64,000 nucleotides of DNA from Myxococcota bacterium. GTDB taxonomy: Bacteria > Myxococcota_A > UBA9160 > JAFDDA01. The stretch lies in NCBI GenBank assembly GCA_965228475.1, contig OZ245817.1:3456001-3520000 (forward strand), in the 5' to 3' direction. The notes under the pieces were generated by a model that ran no database searches, had not been told where the DNA came from, and worked only from the letters and a program-made list of their open reading frames with translations. This document shows, piece after piece, positions 1 to 9,587 of this stretch (its first letter is position 1; every line of letters starts with the position of its first letter). Both the position numbers and the translations under genes were made by a program.

Positions 1-227
1 GAGGCGCTCTGGCGCTCCGTCCCGTCGCGGTTGCCGCGCATGCTCATGAACATGAATCGATAGGAGAGCATGACCTCTCCCGCTTTGTGGACGTGTTCTC
101 CCATCACGCCGATCGGCGCGTGGGTGATGGCGTGATGCCCGTCGGCCCGGACCGTCCCGGGCAGCCAGACGGACGTACACAGCGCGGCCGCACACGCGGC
201 GGCCGCCACACGAATCGCTCGTGTCAC
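1..227 (-). CDS. N-terminal part (runs off the window) of a secreted/outer-membrane 'transporter' family protein, putative metal-uptake beta-barrel
   Basis: Not in the ORF track; hand-translated from GTG227 with a [79 protein letters not shown]. Signal peptide plus the [12 protein letters not shown]..GE.MxSYRxMxM motif. Confidence 0.7.
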   Translation of the reverse strand, partial: MTRAIRVAAAACAAALCTSVWLPGTVRADGHHAITHAPIGVMGEHVHKAGEVMLSYRFMFMSMRGNRDGTERQSA

Positions 228-240
228 GAATGTCTCCTCG

Positions 241-265
241 CGCGGGCTGCCCGAGGGCGCCCGCG
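241..265 (-). promoter_or_regulatory. GC-rich hairpin immediately upstream of the transporter RBS
   Basis: CGCGGGC-T-GCCC-GA-GGGC-GCCCGCG inverted repeat abutting GAGGAG (239-234 on the minus strand). Confidence 0.4.
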
Positions 266-290
266 AACCGTTCGATACTTCGAAGATGGA

Positions 291-785
291 TCAGACGGTT
301 CGGGAGAGAATCGGGACGGGTTCGGGCGGGTCGGCGATTGCCTCGACCCAACGGGGAGCGGGCGGGGCTCCGAGCCTTTCGATCGCCGGTACGGCGATGG
401 GCGGGCGCGCAGCGAGCAGGCCCCGGTCGAGCCGCTGGCCGGTCACGGGCGACGGGGCGTCGCCATTGCAGCCGCAGGGGCACACGGCCTTGAAGGCGGG
501 AGTGGATTCCTCGCCACGAGGGCGGTGCATTCCGGAGCCCGCCCCGTGATGCGCGTGGTCCGCCCCGCGGCCCGAAGCACCATGCTCGTGTCGTTCGTGA
601 TGCGCGTGGGGAATCGCGTGACCTTCGACCTCGCGCGCGTGGGCGTGCCCGTCGCCGTGGCCTGCGTGGCTCGCGTGGGCATCGACGGTCGCGTGCTCGC
701 CGCCCGCGGGCATGCACGGGACCGAGACCGCGCCGAGGTAGGCAGCCACGAAGGCGAGCAGGACGGTGCGCAGCGCGGGAGTCAC
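291..785 (-). CDS. His-rich exported/membrane protein, DUF2946-like architecture
   Basis: Hydrophobic N-terminus, 16 His in about 60 aa, CPCGC motif, Pro-rich C-terminus (DPPEPVP). Confidence 0.6.
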   Translation of the reverse strand: MTPALRTVLLAFVAAYLGAVSVPCMPAGGEHATVDAHASHAGHGDGHAHAREVEGHAIPHAHHERHEHGASGRGADHAHHGAGSGMHRPRGEESTPAFKAVCPCGCNGDAPSPVTGQRLDRGLLAARPPIAVPAIERLGAPPAPRWVEAIADPPEPVPILSRTV

Positions 786-820
786 GCGCAGAGCCTACGG
801 CGGGGAGGGACCCACCGCCA

Positions 821-1654
821 TCATCCGCCGAGGTCGGCTTCGAACCTTTCGGGAAGCTGGGCCAGGTCGAATCGGAAACTGCGGCGAAACGTCACGCCGA
901 TGCGGCCGTGGCGCACGGTGTTCCGGACGAAATCTCGGAGATCCCGCTCTCCGTGGCGCCGAGCGAGGTACTCGATCATTCCGTAGCTCTGGAGGTAGGC
1001 GAAGCCCGCCGCCTGCGGCCCGAACCCCGCGAGGCTCGGCGCGGAGAGGTCCGCGAGGCGGAAGAGCGCCCCGGCCCGCGACGCGCGCTGGAGCGCGCTC
1101 AGCTCGTGCGCCGAGAGTCGGCGCTTGCCGATGGCGCGGGCCTCGAACCATTCGGCAACGCCTTCGTTCAACCACGCCGGCAGGACGAGGGAGGGGGCGA
1201 GCTGGTCGAAGGCGGCGTGGACGAGTTCGTGGTGCAGGACCCGCTCGAGGTAGGTCGTCAGCTGGGTTTCACCGCGGATGCGGATCACGCCGTGGTAGAA
1301 GCCCGCCGCGGGGAAGCGGAAATAGCCGGCGAACTCCGCGTCGAAGATCGCGGGGTCGTAGACCGCGACGGTGATCGGCCGCTCCGGGCGGAGGCCGAGA
1401 TACTGGTGCAGGCGGTCGTGGGCCCGCTCGAGCGCTTCGAGCACCTGCCGCTCGAAGCGGAGCGATCCGTGGAAGCCGCCGCGCCGGTCGATGGCGACGT
1501 CCTGGAGCAGGACGAAGTGGGTGGTGCGGCGTTCGCTCCACTCCCCGTCGGCGCCGCGTGCGGCCGCCGGGCCCGGCAGCATGACGGCGCCCGCCAGGGC
1601 GACCGCCGCCGCCAGACGGGCGACGGCCGGGCTCTTCGTCGGCCTCACCCTCAC
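821..1654 (-). CDS. Secreted peptidase MA-family zinc metallopeptidase
   Basis: Signal-like AAAVALAGAVMLPGPAAA, HELVH (HExxH), PAWLNEGVAE. GTG start overlaps the upstream TGA. Confidence 0.8.
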   Translation of the reverse strand: MRVRPTKSPAVARLAAAVALAGAVMLPGPAAARGADGEWSERRTTHFVLLQDVAIDRRGGFHGSLRFERQVLEALERAHDRLHQYLGLRPERPITVAVYDPAIFDAEFAGYFRFPAAGFYHGVIRIRGETQLTTYLERVLHHELVHAAFDQLAPSLVLPAWLNEGVAEWFEARAIGKRRLSAHELSALQRASRAGALFRLADLSAPSLAGFGPQAAGFAYLQSYGMIEYLARRHGERDLRDFVRNTVRHGRIGVTFRRSFRFDLAQLPERFEADLGG

Positions 1655-2667
1655 CCGAGCGGGTACGGGATCTCGCGGGCGATGCGCTTCGCCTCGGCCA
1701 GGGCCTCGGCCGGGAGTTCGACGTCCGCCGCCGCCAGGTGGTCGTCGAGCTGGTCCGCCGAGGTGACGCCGATGATGGTGCTGCCGACGTAGTCCTTCGT
1801 GAGCGTCCAGGCGATGGAGAACGTCACCGGCGACATCCCGCAGTCGGCCGCGAGCTTCATGTAGCGCTCGGTGGCCGCGAGGCTGCGCTCGTTCACGAAG
1901 CGCTTCGTCATGGCCTGGGTGCGCGGGCTGTCCTCCTGGTAGCGCGAGAACCGCGCGCCCTCGGGAAACGCGCCGCCCTGATACTTGCCCGAGAGCACGC
2001 CCGCCGCGATCGGGCTGTAGGGCAGCAGGCTCACGTCCTCGCCGCGGCACACGCGGGCGAGCTCGTCGTTGAAGCGCCAGTTCAGCAGGCTGAAGTTGTT
2101 CTGGATCGTCTCGTAGCGCGGCAGGCCGGCGCGGTCCGCCGCCCAGAGGCTCTTCGTGTAGCCGTAGGCGGTCTCGTTGCTGCAGCCAATGGCGCGGACC
2201 TTGCCGGCGTCGATCACTCGCGAGAGCCCTTCGAGGGTTTCTTCGTAGGGCAGCCCCGGGTCCGGCCAGTGGGTCTGGTAGAGGTCGATGTAGTCCGTGC
2301 CGAGGCGGCGCAGGCTCGCATCGACGGCGCGCTCGATGTTGTGGGCGTCGAGGCTGGTCTTGCCATGCCGCACCGGGGCCTGGAACCAGCCGCGCCCGGG
2401 GCCGGCCACCTTCGTCGCGATGAAGACCGAGTCCCGCGCCTTGCTGCGCAGCCACTTGCCGACGATCTCCTCGGTGCGGCCGGCCCACTCGGCTCGCGGC
2501 GGGACGGGGTAGACCTCCGCCACGTCGAGGAAATCGACGCCGGCGTCGAATGCCTTGTCCATGCACTCGATCCCCGCGGCTTCGTCTGCCATGCTGCCGA
2601 AGGTCATGGTGCCGAGACAGATTTCGGAAACGACCAGGCCCGAGCGGCCGAGGCGGCGATACTTCAT
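1651..2667 (-). CDS. Aldo/keto reductase (Tas-like)
   Basis: MKYRRLGRSGLVVSEICLGTMTFG, DVAEVY, SLRRLGTDYIDLYQTHWPD, GCSNET. Confidence 0.92.
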   Translation of the reverse strand: MKYRRLGRSGLVVSEICLGTMTFGSMADEAAGIECMDKAFDAGVDFLDVAEVYPVPPRAEWAGRTEEIVGKWLRSKARDSVFIATKVAGPGRGWFQAPVRHGKTSLDAHNIERAVDASLRRLGTDYIDLYQTHWPDPGLPYEETLEGLSRVIDAGKVRAIGCSNETAYGYTKSLWAADRAGLPRYETIQNNFSLLNWRFNDELARVCRGEDVSLLPYSPIAAGVLSGKYQGGAFPEGARFSRYQEDSPRTQAMTKRFVNERSLAATERYMKLAADCGMSPVTFSIAWTLTKDYVGSTIIGVTSADQLDDHLAAADVELPAEALAEAKRIAREIPYPLG

Positions 2668-2686
2668 GGCTTCCTCCGAGCGGGGG

Positions 2687-3226
2687 ATGGGTGCGCCGGG
2701 GAAGGGTATCGCGGGGGCTCGCCTCGGGCTCGCGAGCCTCCGGGCGATCGCCGCTGTGATCGCCCCTCTGATCGGATTGGGCTGCGCCTCCGCGCCGCCG
2801 GCCTCCCCTTCCGCGGCGGCCCGCCTGGATGCCGCCGCGAGCCCCGCGCCGCCCCCCTCGCCCGACGCCATCGTCGTTCGCCTGGCCTTCGCCGCGGAGG
2901 TCGATCTCGACCTCTACGTGACGGGGCCCCTCGGCGAGACCGTCTACTTCGCCAACACGCCCGCGCGCACCGGAGGCCGCCTGCTCGCCGACGCCCGTTG
3001 CGAGGGAAGGACCGCGGAGCCGACCCGGCTCGAGACGGTGATCTTCGATCCGGCCCAGCCGGGCCGCTACCGCGTCGGGATCGACTTCCCGGAGCGCTGC
3101 GACGGCGGCAAGGGTCCGGCGGCCTTCGCCCTGTCCGTGGAGGGAGCAGGCGCGGGCCCGCTGCGCAGGGAGTCGACGATCGCCCTGCGCGCCTTCGATG
3201 CCGTGGTGCTCGAGTTCGATCGCTGA
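2687..3226 (+). CDS. Lipoprotein with YfaP/DUF2135-like domain
   Basis: Lipobox-like IGLGC; DLDLYVTGPLGETVYF...GGRL.AD...ETVIF...PGRYRVGI. Confidence 0.6.
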   Translation: MGAPGKGIAGARLGLASLRAIAAVIAPLIGLGCASAPPASPSAAARLDAAASPAPPPSPDAIVVRLAFAAEVDLDLYVTGPLGETVYFANTPARTGGRLLADARCEGRTAEPTRLETVIFDPAQPGRYRVGIDFPERCDGGKGPAAFALSVEGAGAGPLRRESTIALRAFDAVVLEFDR

Positions 3227-3248
3227 AGTCTCAGCTTGGCCGCGGCGG

Positions 3249-4997
3249 CTAGCGCTCGTCGCCGGCGGCCGGAAGCCAGACGTCGAAGCGCGTGCCGTTG
3301 CCCGGGCTCGACTCGACGTCGATCATGCCCCGATGCCGGCTCACGATCTCGGCGGAGATCGCGAGGCCGAGCCCCGTCCCCTCCCCTTCCTGCTTCGTCG
3401 TGAAGAAAGGGTCGTAGATGCGGTCGACGGTCTCCGGAGCGATCCCGTGGCCGTCGTCGCTGATGCTGACGACGACGGTCTTCCCCTCGCTGCGCGTGGC
3501 CACCTCGACGCGGCCGCCCTCGTCGATCGCCTGGAGCGCGTTGATCAGGAGGTTCAGGAAGACCTGCTTCAGCTCCTGGCCCGAGCAGCGGACGAGCGGG
3601 AGGTCGCCGAAGTCCGTCACGATCTGGCCGTTCTTGTGGTTCTGGGCCTCCGCCACGCGGATCACCGACGCGATCAGCCGGTTCACTTCTTCGAGCTCGT
3701 GGAGCGGGCTTCCGGCCCGCGCCAGCCCCTTCACGTCGCGAACGAAGCTCGCGGTCCGCTCGACGCCTTCGAGGGACTCCTCGATCAGCTCTTCGCCCTC
3801 GCGGACGATCTCGTCGAGGCCGGGCCGGCGCGCCGCATCCACCGCGCCGGCGAGGGTCTTCCAGTGGGACTCGAGCAGGGTGAGGTTCGTGCGGATGAAG
3901 GCCAGCGGGTTGTTCACTTCGTGCGCGATTCCCGCGGCGAGCTCGCCCACCGCAGCCAGGCGGTCCGAGGTGATCAGCCGGTTGCGCAGGCTCACGACCT
4001 CGCGGAGGTCCCGCACCACGAGCACCATGCCGATCGCGTAGCCGCGGCGGTCGTTCACGTGGGTGGAGGAGACGGCGACGGGCAGCAGCACCCCGCGCGC
4101 ATCCCGAAGACGAACCTCTTCGTCGCGGACCTCGCGCGCCGGCGCGACGGGAGCATCGGGCACGATCTCCGTGATCGGCTTCCCGGTCAGATCCCGGACG
4201 GACACGCCGACGAGCTCCGCGAGCGCGGCGTTGGCGGTCCGCACGTGGCCGTCCATGCCGAGCAGCGCGACGCCCTCGGGCAGGATCGAGAGCATCTCCT
4301 GCCGGAAGGTCCACGAAGCCGTCATGCTGTAGCCGAAGTAGAGGATGTTGCCGGAGAGCACGGCGCCGAGCGCGGCGAGCGAGAGCGAACCGAACTGCGG
4401 CGTGACGTAACCGAGCATCGGGAGCAGGGCGTCGGTCAGCGAGGCGACGCAGAGCGGGATCGAGAGCGCGAGGGCGAGCCACTTGCCCTGACGGCGCTCA
4501 CGCGGATCGCGATTGGCCTGGAAGCCCTTTCGCCCCCAGTACAAGCCGAGACCGACGTTCAGGATCGTGAACACGTAGAAGACGCCGAAGCCCGCCCCGG
4601 GCACGTACGACCAGCCCCACGGCGTCGCGACGGCTTCGCTGTGGATGCTGTCGGTGGTCCAGGCCAGGGCGAGGAGCGCGACGGCAAACGCGTACTGGCT
4701 CTGCACGAAGCGGCGCTTGCCCCGGCTCGGCTGGGGTTCGAGGTCGAGGAAGAGCTGGGCGACGCTCGGCCCGAGCCAGACCCAGCCGAGCGCGGAGGCG
4801 CGCATCCAGAAGTGGGCGGACTCCGCATCGGGCCGGGTGTTCCAGGCGATCTCGCACAGGGCCCAGTACGCGCCGCAGATCAGGATCTGGACGGCGGCCC
4901 GGCTCGTCCCGTACGCCGCACTCCGCGCGAAGAGCATGCCGGCGCTGGCCGCGCAGCCGACGCAGGCCAGCATCGGGACGATCAGATACGGGTGCAC
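3249..4997 (-). CDS. Sensor histidine kinase: N-terminal 7TM, PAS, HisKA, HATPase
   Basis: Multiple TM segments, PAS (EGVALLGMDGHVRTAN), H-box GIAHEVNNPL, QVFLNLLINA, DDGHGI, DPFFTTK, GTGLGL. Confidence 0.9.
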   Translation of the reverse strand: MHPYLIVPMLACVGCAASAGMLFARSAAYGTSRAAVQILICGAYWALCEIAWNTRPDAESAHFWMRASALGWVWLGPSVAQLFLDLEPQPSRGKRRFVQSQYAFAVALLALAWTTDSIHSEAVATPWGWSYVPGAGFGVFYVFTILNVGLGLYWGRKGFQANRDPRERRQGKWLALALSIPLCVASLTDALLPMLGYVTPQFGSLSLAALGAVLSGNILYFGYSMTASWTFRQEMLSILPEGVALLGMDGHVRTANAALAELVGVSVRDLTGKPITEIVPDAPVAPAREVRDEEVRLRDARGVLLPVAVSSTHVNDRRGYAIGMVLVVRDLREVVSLRNRLITSDRLAAVGELAAGIAHEVNNPLAFIRTNLTLLESHWKTLAGAVDAARRPGLDEIVREGEELIEESLEGVERTASFVRDVKGLARAGSPLHELEEVNRLIASVIRVAEAQNHKNGQIVTDFGDLPLVRCSGQELKQVFLNLLINALQAIDEGGRVEVATRSEGKTVVVSISDDGHGIAPETVDRIYDPFFTTKQEGEGTGLGLAISAEIVSRHRGMIDVESSPGNGTRFDVWLPAAGDER

Positions 4998-5008
4998 CCC
5001 GCCGCCCC

Positions 5009-5668
5009 CTAGAAGAGCCCCAGGCGATAGAGCTGGGAGTAGACCTCCGCAGCCACCACCGCGGCTTCGACCACGGCGTCGAGGGTCACGCGGATCTTCT
5101 CGGCGAGGGACGGTTCGACCCACGGGCACGAGAATCGCTCCCCGCGCGCTTCCAACCGATCGATGGTGTCGAGCAGGGAGGCCTGCCAGAGCATGTCTTC
5201 CCGCTCCTCGGCCAGGGCGAGCTGGAACCGGTAGCGGGCGATCTGGTTCGCGAGCACGACGCACTCGTTGCGTTCGCGGGAGACGGTGCAGTCGCCCTCG
5301 TCCCCGCCGTCGAGGTCTTCCTGGCTCACTGCGTCCTTCACGGCGGCGCCGGGCACCGCGGCCCACCAGCCGTAGTCCGTATCGTGAACCCACGCGCCGT
5401 TGATGTCGTCGTCGCCGTCGGTCCCGGACTCGTGGACCCAGCGGTTCGACGCCTGGTGGACCCAGTCGTCGTCGCCCGAATCGTGGTGCCAGCCGTACTG
5501 GGTGTCGTGGGGCCAGCGGTCGTCGGTCTCCACGCCCTCTTCCGGCGCATGCGCGGCGGGCGGCGCGGGCGTTCGGCATTCCTTGCGAGCTTCGGCCGGA
5601 GCGGCGGCCAGCAGGACGGCGGCAACGATCAGCGCGGTGGCCCCCGCGCGTACGGTGAGCGATCTCAT
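5009..5668 (-). CDS. Secreted hypothetical protein with acidic WxH repeats
   Basis: ATG5668 with GGAG RBS, signal peptide ending AEA, then WPHD/WHHD/WVHQ/WVHE/WVHD and a helical Cys-containing C-terminus. Confidence 0.7.
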   Translation of the reverse strand: MRSLTVRAGATALIVAAVLLAAAPAEARKECRTPAPPAAHAPEEGVETDDRWPHDTQYGWHHDSGDDDWVHQASNRWVHESGTDGDDDINGAWVHDTDYGWWAAVPGAAVKDAVSQEDLDGGDEGDCTVSRERNECVVLANQIARYRFQLALAEEREDMLWQASLLDTIDRLEARGERFSCPWVEPSLAEKIRVTLDAVVEAAVVAAEVYSQLYRLGLF

Positions 5669-5775
5669 GAGGCGTCTCCAAGGGGTCGTCGACCTGCCAC
5701 TCATCGGCAGGACCGGGCTCCGCCTGAAGCGGCAGGAAGCGCGCGAGAGGCCCGAAAACGCGGTCGATCCGGCCC

Positions 5776-7323
5776 CTAGGGGAGCCGGTCGTCGATCACA
5801 CCTGCCTGGCGGTGGGCCAGGGCCATCCCGGTGAACATCGGATTCACGCCGGTGCAGCGCGGGAAGATCCCGGTGTCGGCGATCCAGAGGTTCTCGAGAT
5901 CGTGGGCCTTGCCGTCCTCGTCGACCACGCCCTGGCTCGGGTCCCCGTGCATGCGCGTGGTGCAGAACGCGTGGTTCCCGCCGCACACGAGGTCCGTGCC
6001 GCGGATCTCCGCCGTGCGCAGGATCTCGGCCTCGGCCGGCGAGTTCATGACGTCCGGCAGGCCATGCACGCCGGGCATGATCTTCCGGGCGCCGGCGGCG
6101 AAGAAGATCTCCGAGAGCACGACCAGGGCGTTCTGGAGGATCTTCACGTCCTCGCGGTCGAGCCGGTAGTGGAGGACCGGGTCCATCCCCCGGCGGCGCG
6201 CCACGACCTTGCCGAGCGAACGGTGGCAGCTCGCGATGGCGTCCCAGGTGGCGGAGTGCGTCACCTCGGCCAGGTGCTCCTTCAGGGCGTGGCCCATGCC
6301 CGGCGTGCGTACCGCGAGCACGGCGGGGGGCGCCCAGAGCGTCTCGAGCTTGAACCCCTGCTCGATGAACTGGAGCGACTGGTAGCCCTGGGTGGCGCCG
6401 AAGCGCGGGTTCGTCGGTTCGGGAAAGACGCCCGTGATGGCGACCCCCGGGTGGAACTGGAGGTTCTCGCCGACCTGCTCCGAGCGGTTCGCGAGGTTCC
6501 CGCTCCGCTGCAGGATCACCGGCGTCGCCATGCAGCCGGCCGCCAGCACGACCGCGGCAGCCTTCACCCGGAAGCGCGCGCCCTCGCGGCCGGTGAACGG
6601 CTCGACCACCCGGCCCGTGACGGCCTCGACGCGGCCGCCGCGGTGCTCGACTTCTTCGACGCGCACCGAGGTCAGGACCCGCGCTCCCGCCCGGATCGCC
6701 GCCGGGACGTAGGAGATGTCCATGGACTGCTTCGCGCGGGCTCGGCAGCCGGTGAAGCACTCGCCGCTCCCGCGGCAGCCCCGCACGTTGCGCGGGATCG
6801 GCTCGCTCGAATAGCCGAGCGCCTTGCAACCGTCCCGGAAGAGCAGATTGCGCGGGCCCTGGACCTCGTCGGGCGTCGGTGCGATGCCGAGGAACTCGGC
6901 GACGGCGTCGTAGTGGGGGTCGAGATCCTTGCGGGACGTTCGCGCGAGGTCGTAGCGCGTGCACCAATCCTCGAGGACGGATTCCGGCGCCCGCGGGCAG
7001 ATGGCCGAGTTCACGAGCGAGCCGCCGCCGAGGGCGATGGCCTGCATGGTCGGCATCACGTGGCCGCGCGTCGCGCGCAGGCCGCCCTCGCGCATGGTGC
7101 GGACCATGGAGGTCGCGCCGTCGAGGGCGAAGTCCTCCGGCGTGAAGGGAGGGCCCTCCTCGAGCAGGACGACCTTGCGCCCTGCGATGGCCAGCTCGTG
7201 GGCGACGACCGCACCGGTCGGGCCGGAGCCGACGACGACGACGTCGGCCTCCTCCTGGAAGTCGCCTGCGTAGTCCGCGAAGACCCGGACCTCCCCCTCG
7301 CCGGGCCGCACCGTGACGGTCAA
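5776..7323 (-). CDS. GMC family FAD oxidoreductase
   Basis: VVVVGSGPTG, LGGGSLVN, NVRGCRGSGECFTGC, GENLQFHP, C-terminal GVNP. TTG start overlaps the upstream stop. Confidence 0.9.
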   Translation of the reverse strand: MTVTVRPGEGEVRVFADYAGDFQEEADVVVVGSGPTGAVVAHELAIAGRKVVLLEEGPPFTPEDFALDGATSMVRTMREGGLRATRGHVMPTMQAIALGGGSLVNSAICPRAPESVLEDWCTRYDLARTSRKDLDPHYDAVAEFLGIAPTPDEVQGPRNLLFRDGCKALGYSSEPIPRNVRGCRGSGECFTGCRARAKQSMDISYVPAAIRAGARVLTSVRVEEVEHRGGRVEAVTGRVVEPFTGREGARFRVKAAAVVLAAGCMATPVILQRSGNLANRSEQVGENLQFHPGVAITGVFPEPTNPRFGATQGYQSLQFIEQGFKLETLWAPPAVLAVRTPGMGHALKEHLAEVTHSATWDAIASCHRSLGKVVARRRGMDPVLHYRLDREDVKILQNALVVLSEIFFAAGARKIMPGVHGLPDVMNSPAEAEILRTAEIRGTDLVCGGNHAFCTTRMHGDPSQGVVDEDGKAHDLENLWIADTGIFPRCTGVNPMFTGMALAHRQAGVIDDRLP

Positions 7324-7964
7324 GCCGTCACCACGCGGTAGTCGGGATGAATCGGGGTCTCCGCGCCGAGGGGGCGGGCCTCCCCGGGAGGCGTGAGGTC
7401 GGCTTCGGTCCGGGTGATCGACGAGCGCGGCTGCCCGATGCGCGGGTAGAGCAGATCCGCCTCGACCACCGGGGACTCGATCTCCCAGGGAGAGAGCTCG
7501 AGCCGGTCGAGCACCCGCGGGTCTGCCAGGTAGGCCATGCAGAGGATCGCCCGAAGGCTCGTGAAGACGAGGCGCCGCGGGAAGAGCGAGCTCGTCCGCC
7601 AGCCCTCGAGGACCGCCTGCTGCTGTTCGAGCGAGAGCGCCGAGAAGCGCCGTCGCCCGCCAGAGCCCGGCGCGGGGAAGAGGAGCGTCGCCTGCTCGAC
7701 GAGCAGGAAGAGCAGCCGCATCAGGATCCGCATCATCGCCGGCACGCTCGCCACGTAGCCATCGACCCACTCGGCCGCCCCGGCCTGGCTGCCGGAGGGA
7801 GGAATGGCACCACCGCGCGGAAACAGGGCATCCCCTGCCGCGGCCACGACGGCGGTCTCGCGGGCCGTGAGAAGGCGGGCGTTCTCGGGAGCGGGGCCAT
7901 AGCCGAAGAACAGGCGGCGAATGCCCCAGATGAGGGCGGCAAGGAGCAGGAGGCGAATCAGCAT
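7320..7964 (-). CDS. Gluconate-2-dehydrogenase subunit-3-like partner of the GMC enzyme
   Basis: N-terminal TM, AAAGDALFP..G, RRFSALSLEQQQAVL; translationally coupled to the GMC gene. Confidence 0.65.
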   Translation of the reverse strand: MLIRLLLLAALIWGIRRLFFGYGPAPENARLLTARETAVVAAAGDALFPRGGAIPPSGSQAGAAEWVDGYVASVPAMMRILMRLLFLLVEQATLLFPAPGSGGRRRFSALSLEQQQAVLEGWRTSSLFPRRLVFTSLRAILCMAYLADPRVLDRLELSPWEIESPVVEADLLYPRIGQPRSSITRTEADLTPPGEARPLGAETPIHPDYRVVTA

Positions 7965-8102
7965 GCGGGCAGGATAACGCGCCGGGAGTCCAGCTAAAGC
8001 CCCAGGCTCGATCGGCCGAACTCCCCAGACGATGCACGCGACCGGAACAGCGCGCCCGCGCCCGGCGGGACCCGGGCACGAACCCGCAGGCGGGGCCTCG
8101 CG

Positions 8103-9587
8103 GTGAGTCCGGTCTCGGTCGCGACCCTGGCGGTCGCCGTCGCCGCGCTCTACTCCGCCGGCCTCCACGGCTGGCTCCACTGGAGCTACCGGCGCGGGCG
8201 GATCCATCTGTGGCACAGCGTCACGTCCCTTGCGGTGTGCGGGCTCGCCGGCTCGATCTTCCTGCTCTACGAGAGCGCCGGCCTCGAAGAAGCCAAGCGC
8301 TGGCAGAACTGGATGTTCGTCTTCTCGGCGCCGCTCCTCGTCGGCTACTTCCAGTTCAGCTGGGAGTTCCTCGCGCTCTCCGGGCGCTGGCAGCGCTGGC
8401 TCGTCGGCACCTTCGGGGTCGCCATTGGGCTCGTCGCGGGCACCACGGACCTCTTCCTCGAGCACCAGCGCTTTCGCACTTCGATCCCGTCCGTCGGGCT
8501 CGACTTCGTCTACGCGCCCCTCTCGGATCTCGGGAACCTCGCGGTCGTCGGCTTCGGCATCACGGTGCTCTACCTGGCTTCGCTCTTCGTCCGGTACGCA
8601 CGCAAGGACGACATCGAGTTCCGGGTGATCGCGGCCGCCACGGCCTTGCTGTGTGCCGCCGGGGCCGTCGATCTCGCGAAGTCCTGGCAGTGGATCACCG
8701 CACCCTACGTCGCTCCGTTCGGCTACCTCGCCCTCGTGGCGGGCAGTTCGGGCATCCTCCTGCGGCGCTTCGTGAAGTCCATGGTCTACGCCGAAGCGCT
8801 CGCCGGGAACCTCCACGACCTGGTCGAGCGGCGCACCGCGGAGATCCGCCAGAAGGACATCCAGCTCGCCCACGGCGAGCGCATGGCCGTCGTCGGCACC
8901 CTCGCGGCGGGCATCGCCCACGAGGTGAACAACCCGATGGCCTTCCTGTCCTCGAACCTGAACCGGCTCGAGGAACTCTGGACCAAGCCGGACTCGGCCG
9001 GCGAGGCCATGGAGATCCTCGGAGAGTGCCAGGAGGGTGCGGACCGGGTGCGCTCGACGGTCGCGGAGCTCTTGAGCCTCTCGCGGCGCGACGAGAGCAA
9101 CCTCGAGCCCGTCGACCTGACCGACGTCGTGGCCTCGGTCCTGCGGATGGTCCGCTACGAAGCGCGCGAACGCGCGCTCATCGTGAAGGATCTGGCGACC
9201 TGCGCCCCCTTCCCGGGCGACCGGCGGCTCGTCGCCCAGGTGGTCCTGAACCTGGTGATGAATGCGCTCCAGGCGATCGGAGAGGGGCGGCCGGACGAGA
9301 ACCGCGTGCTCGTTCGCACGCGTGACCTCGGCGACCGCATCGAGCTGCGGGTGGAAGACACCGGGCCCGGCATCCCCGAGCCCTTCCGCACCGAGATCTT
9401 CGACCCGTTCTTCACGACCAAACGAGCGGGGGAAGGGACGGGGCTCGGCCTCGCCGTGACCCGGAAGATCGTGCGCGAACACCGCGGCGACATCCGCGTC
9501 GAGAGTTCGAACCTCGGGACGCGCATGATCGTGGAGTTCCCGGTGGGCGAGCGCGGCGGAGACGCACCGGCCGAGGCCTCGGCCTAG
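8103..9587 (+). CDS. Membrane (about 7TM) sensor histidine kinase
   Basis: TM-rich N-terminus, GIAHEVNNPM, QVVLNLVMNA, DTGPGI, DPFFTTK, GTGLGL. Confidence 0.9.
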   Translation: MSPVSVATLAVAVAALYSAGLHGWLHWSYRRGRIHLWHSVTSLAVCGLAGSIFLLYESAGLEEAKRWQNWMFVFSAPLLVGYFQFSWEFLALSGRWQRWLVGTFGVAIGLVAGTTDLFLEHQRFRTSIPSVGLDFVYAPLSDLGNLAVVGFGITVLYLASLFVRYARKDDIEFRVIAAATALLCAAGAVDLAKSWQWITAPYVAPFGYLALVAGSSGILLRRFVKSMVYAEALAGNLHDLVERRTAEIRQKDIQLAHGERMAVVGTLAAGIAHEVNNPMAFLSSNLNRLEELWTKPDSAGEAMEILGECQEGADRVRSTVAELLSLSRRDESNLEPVDLTDVVASVLRMVRYEARERALIVKDLATCAPFPGDRRLVAQVVLNLVMNALQAIGEGRPDENRVLVRTRDLGDRIELRVEDTGPGIPEPFRTEIFDPFFTTKRAGEGTGLGLAVTRKIVREHRGDIRVESSNLGTRMIVEFPVGERGGDAPAEASA

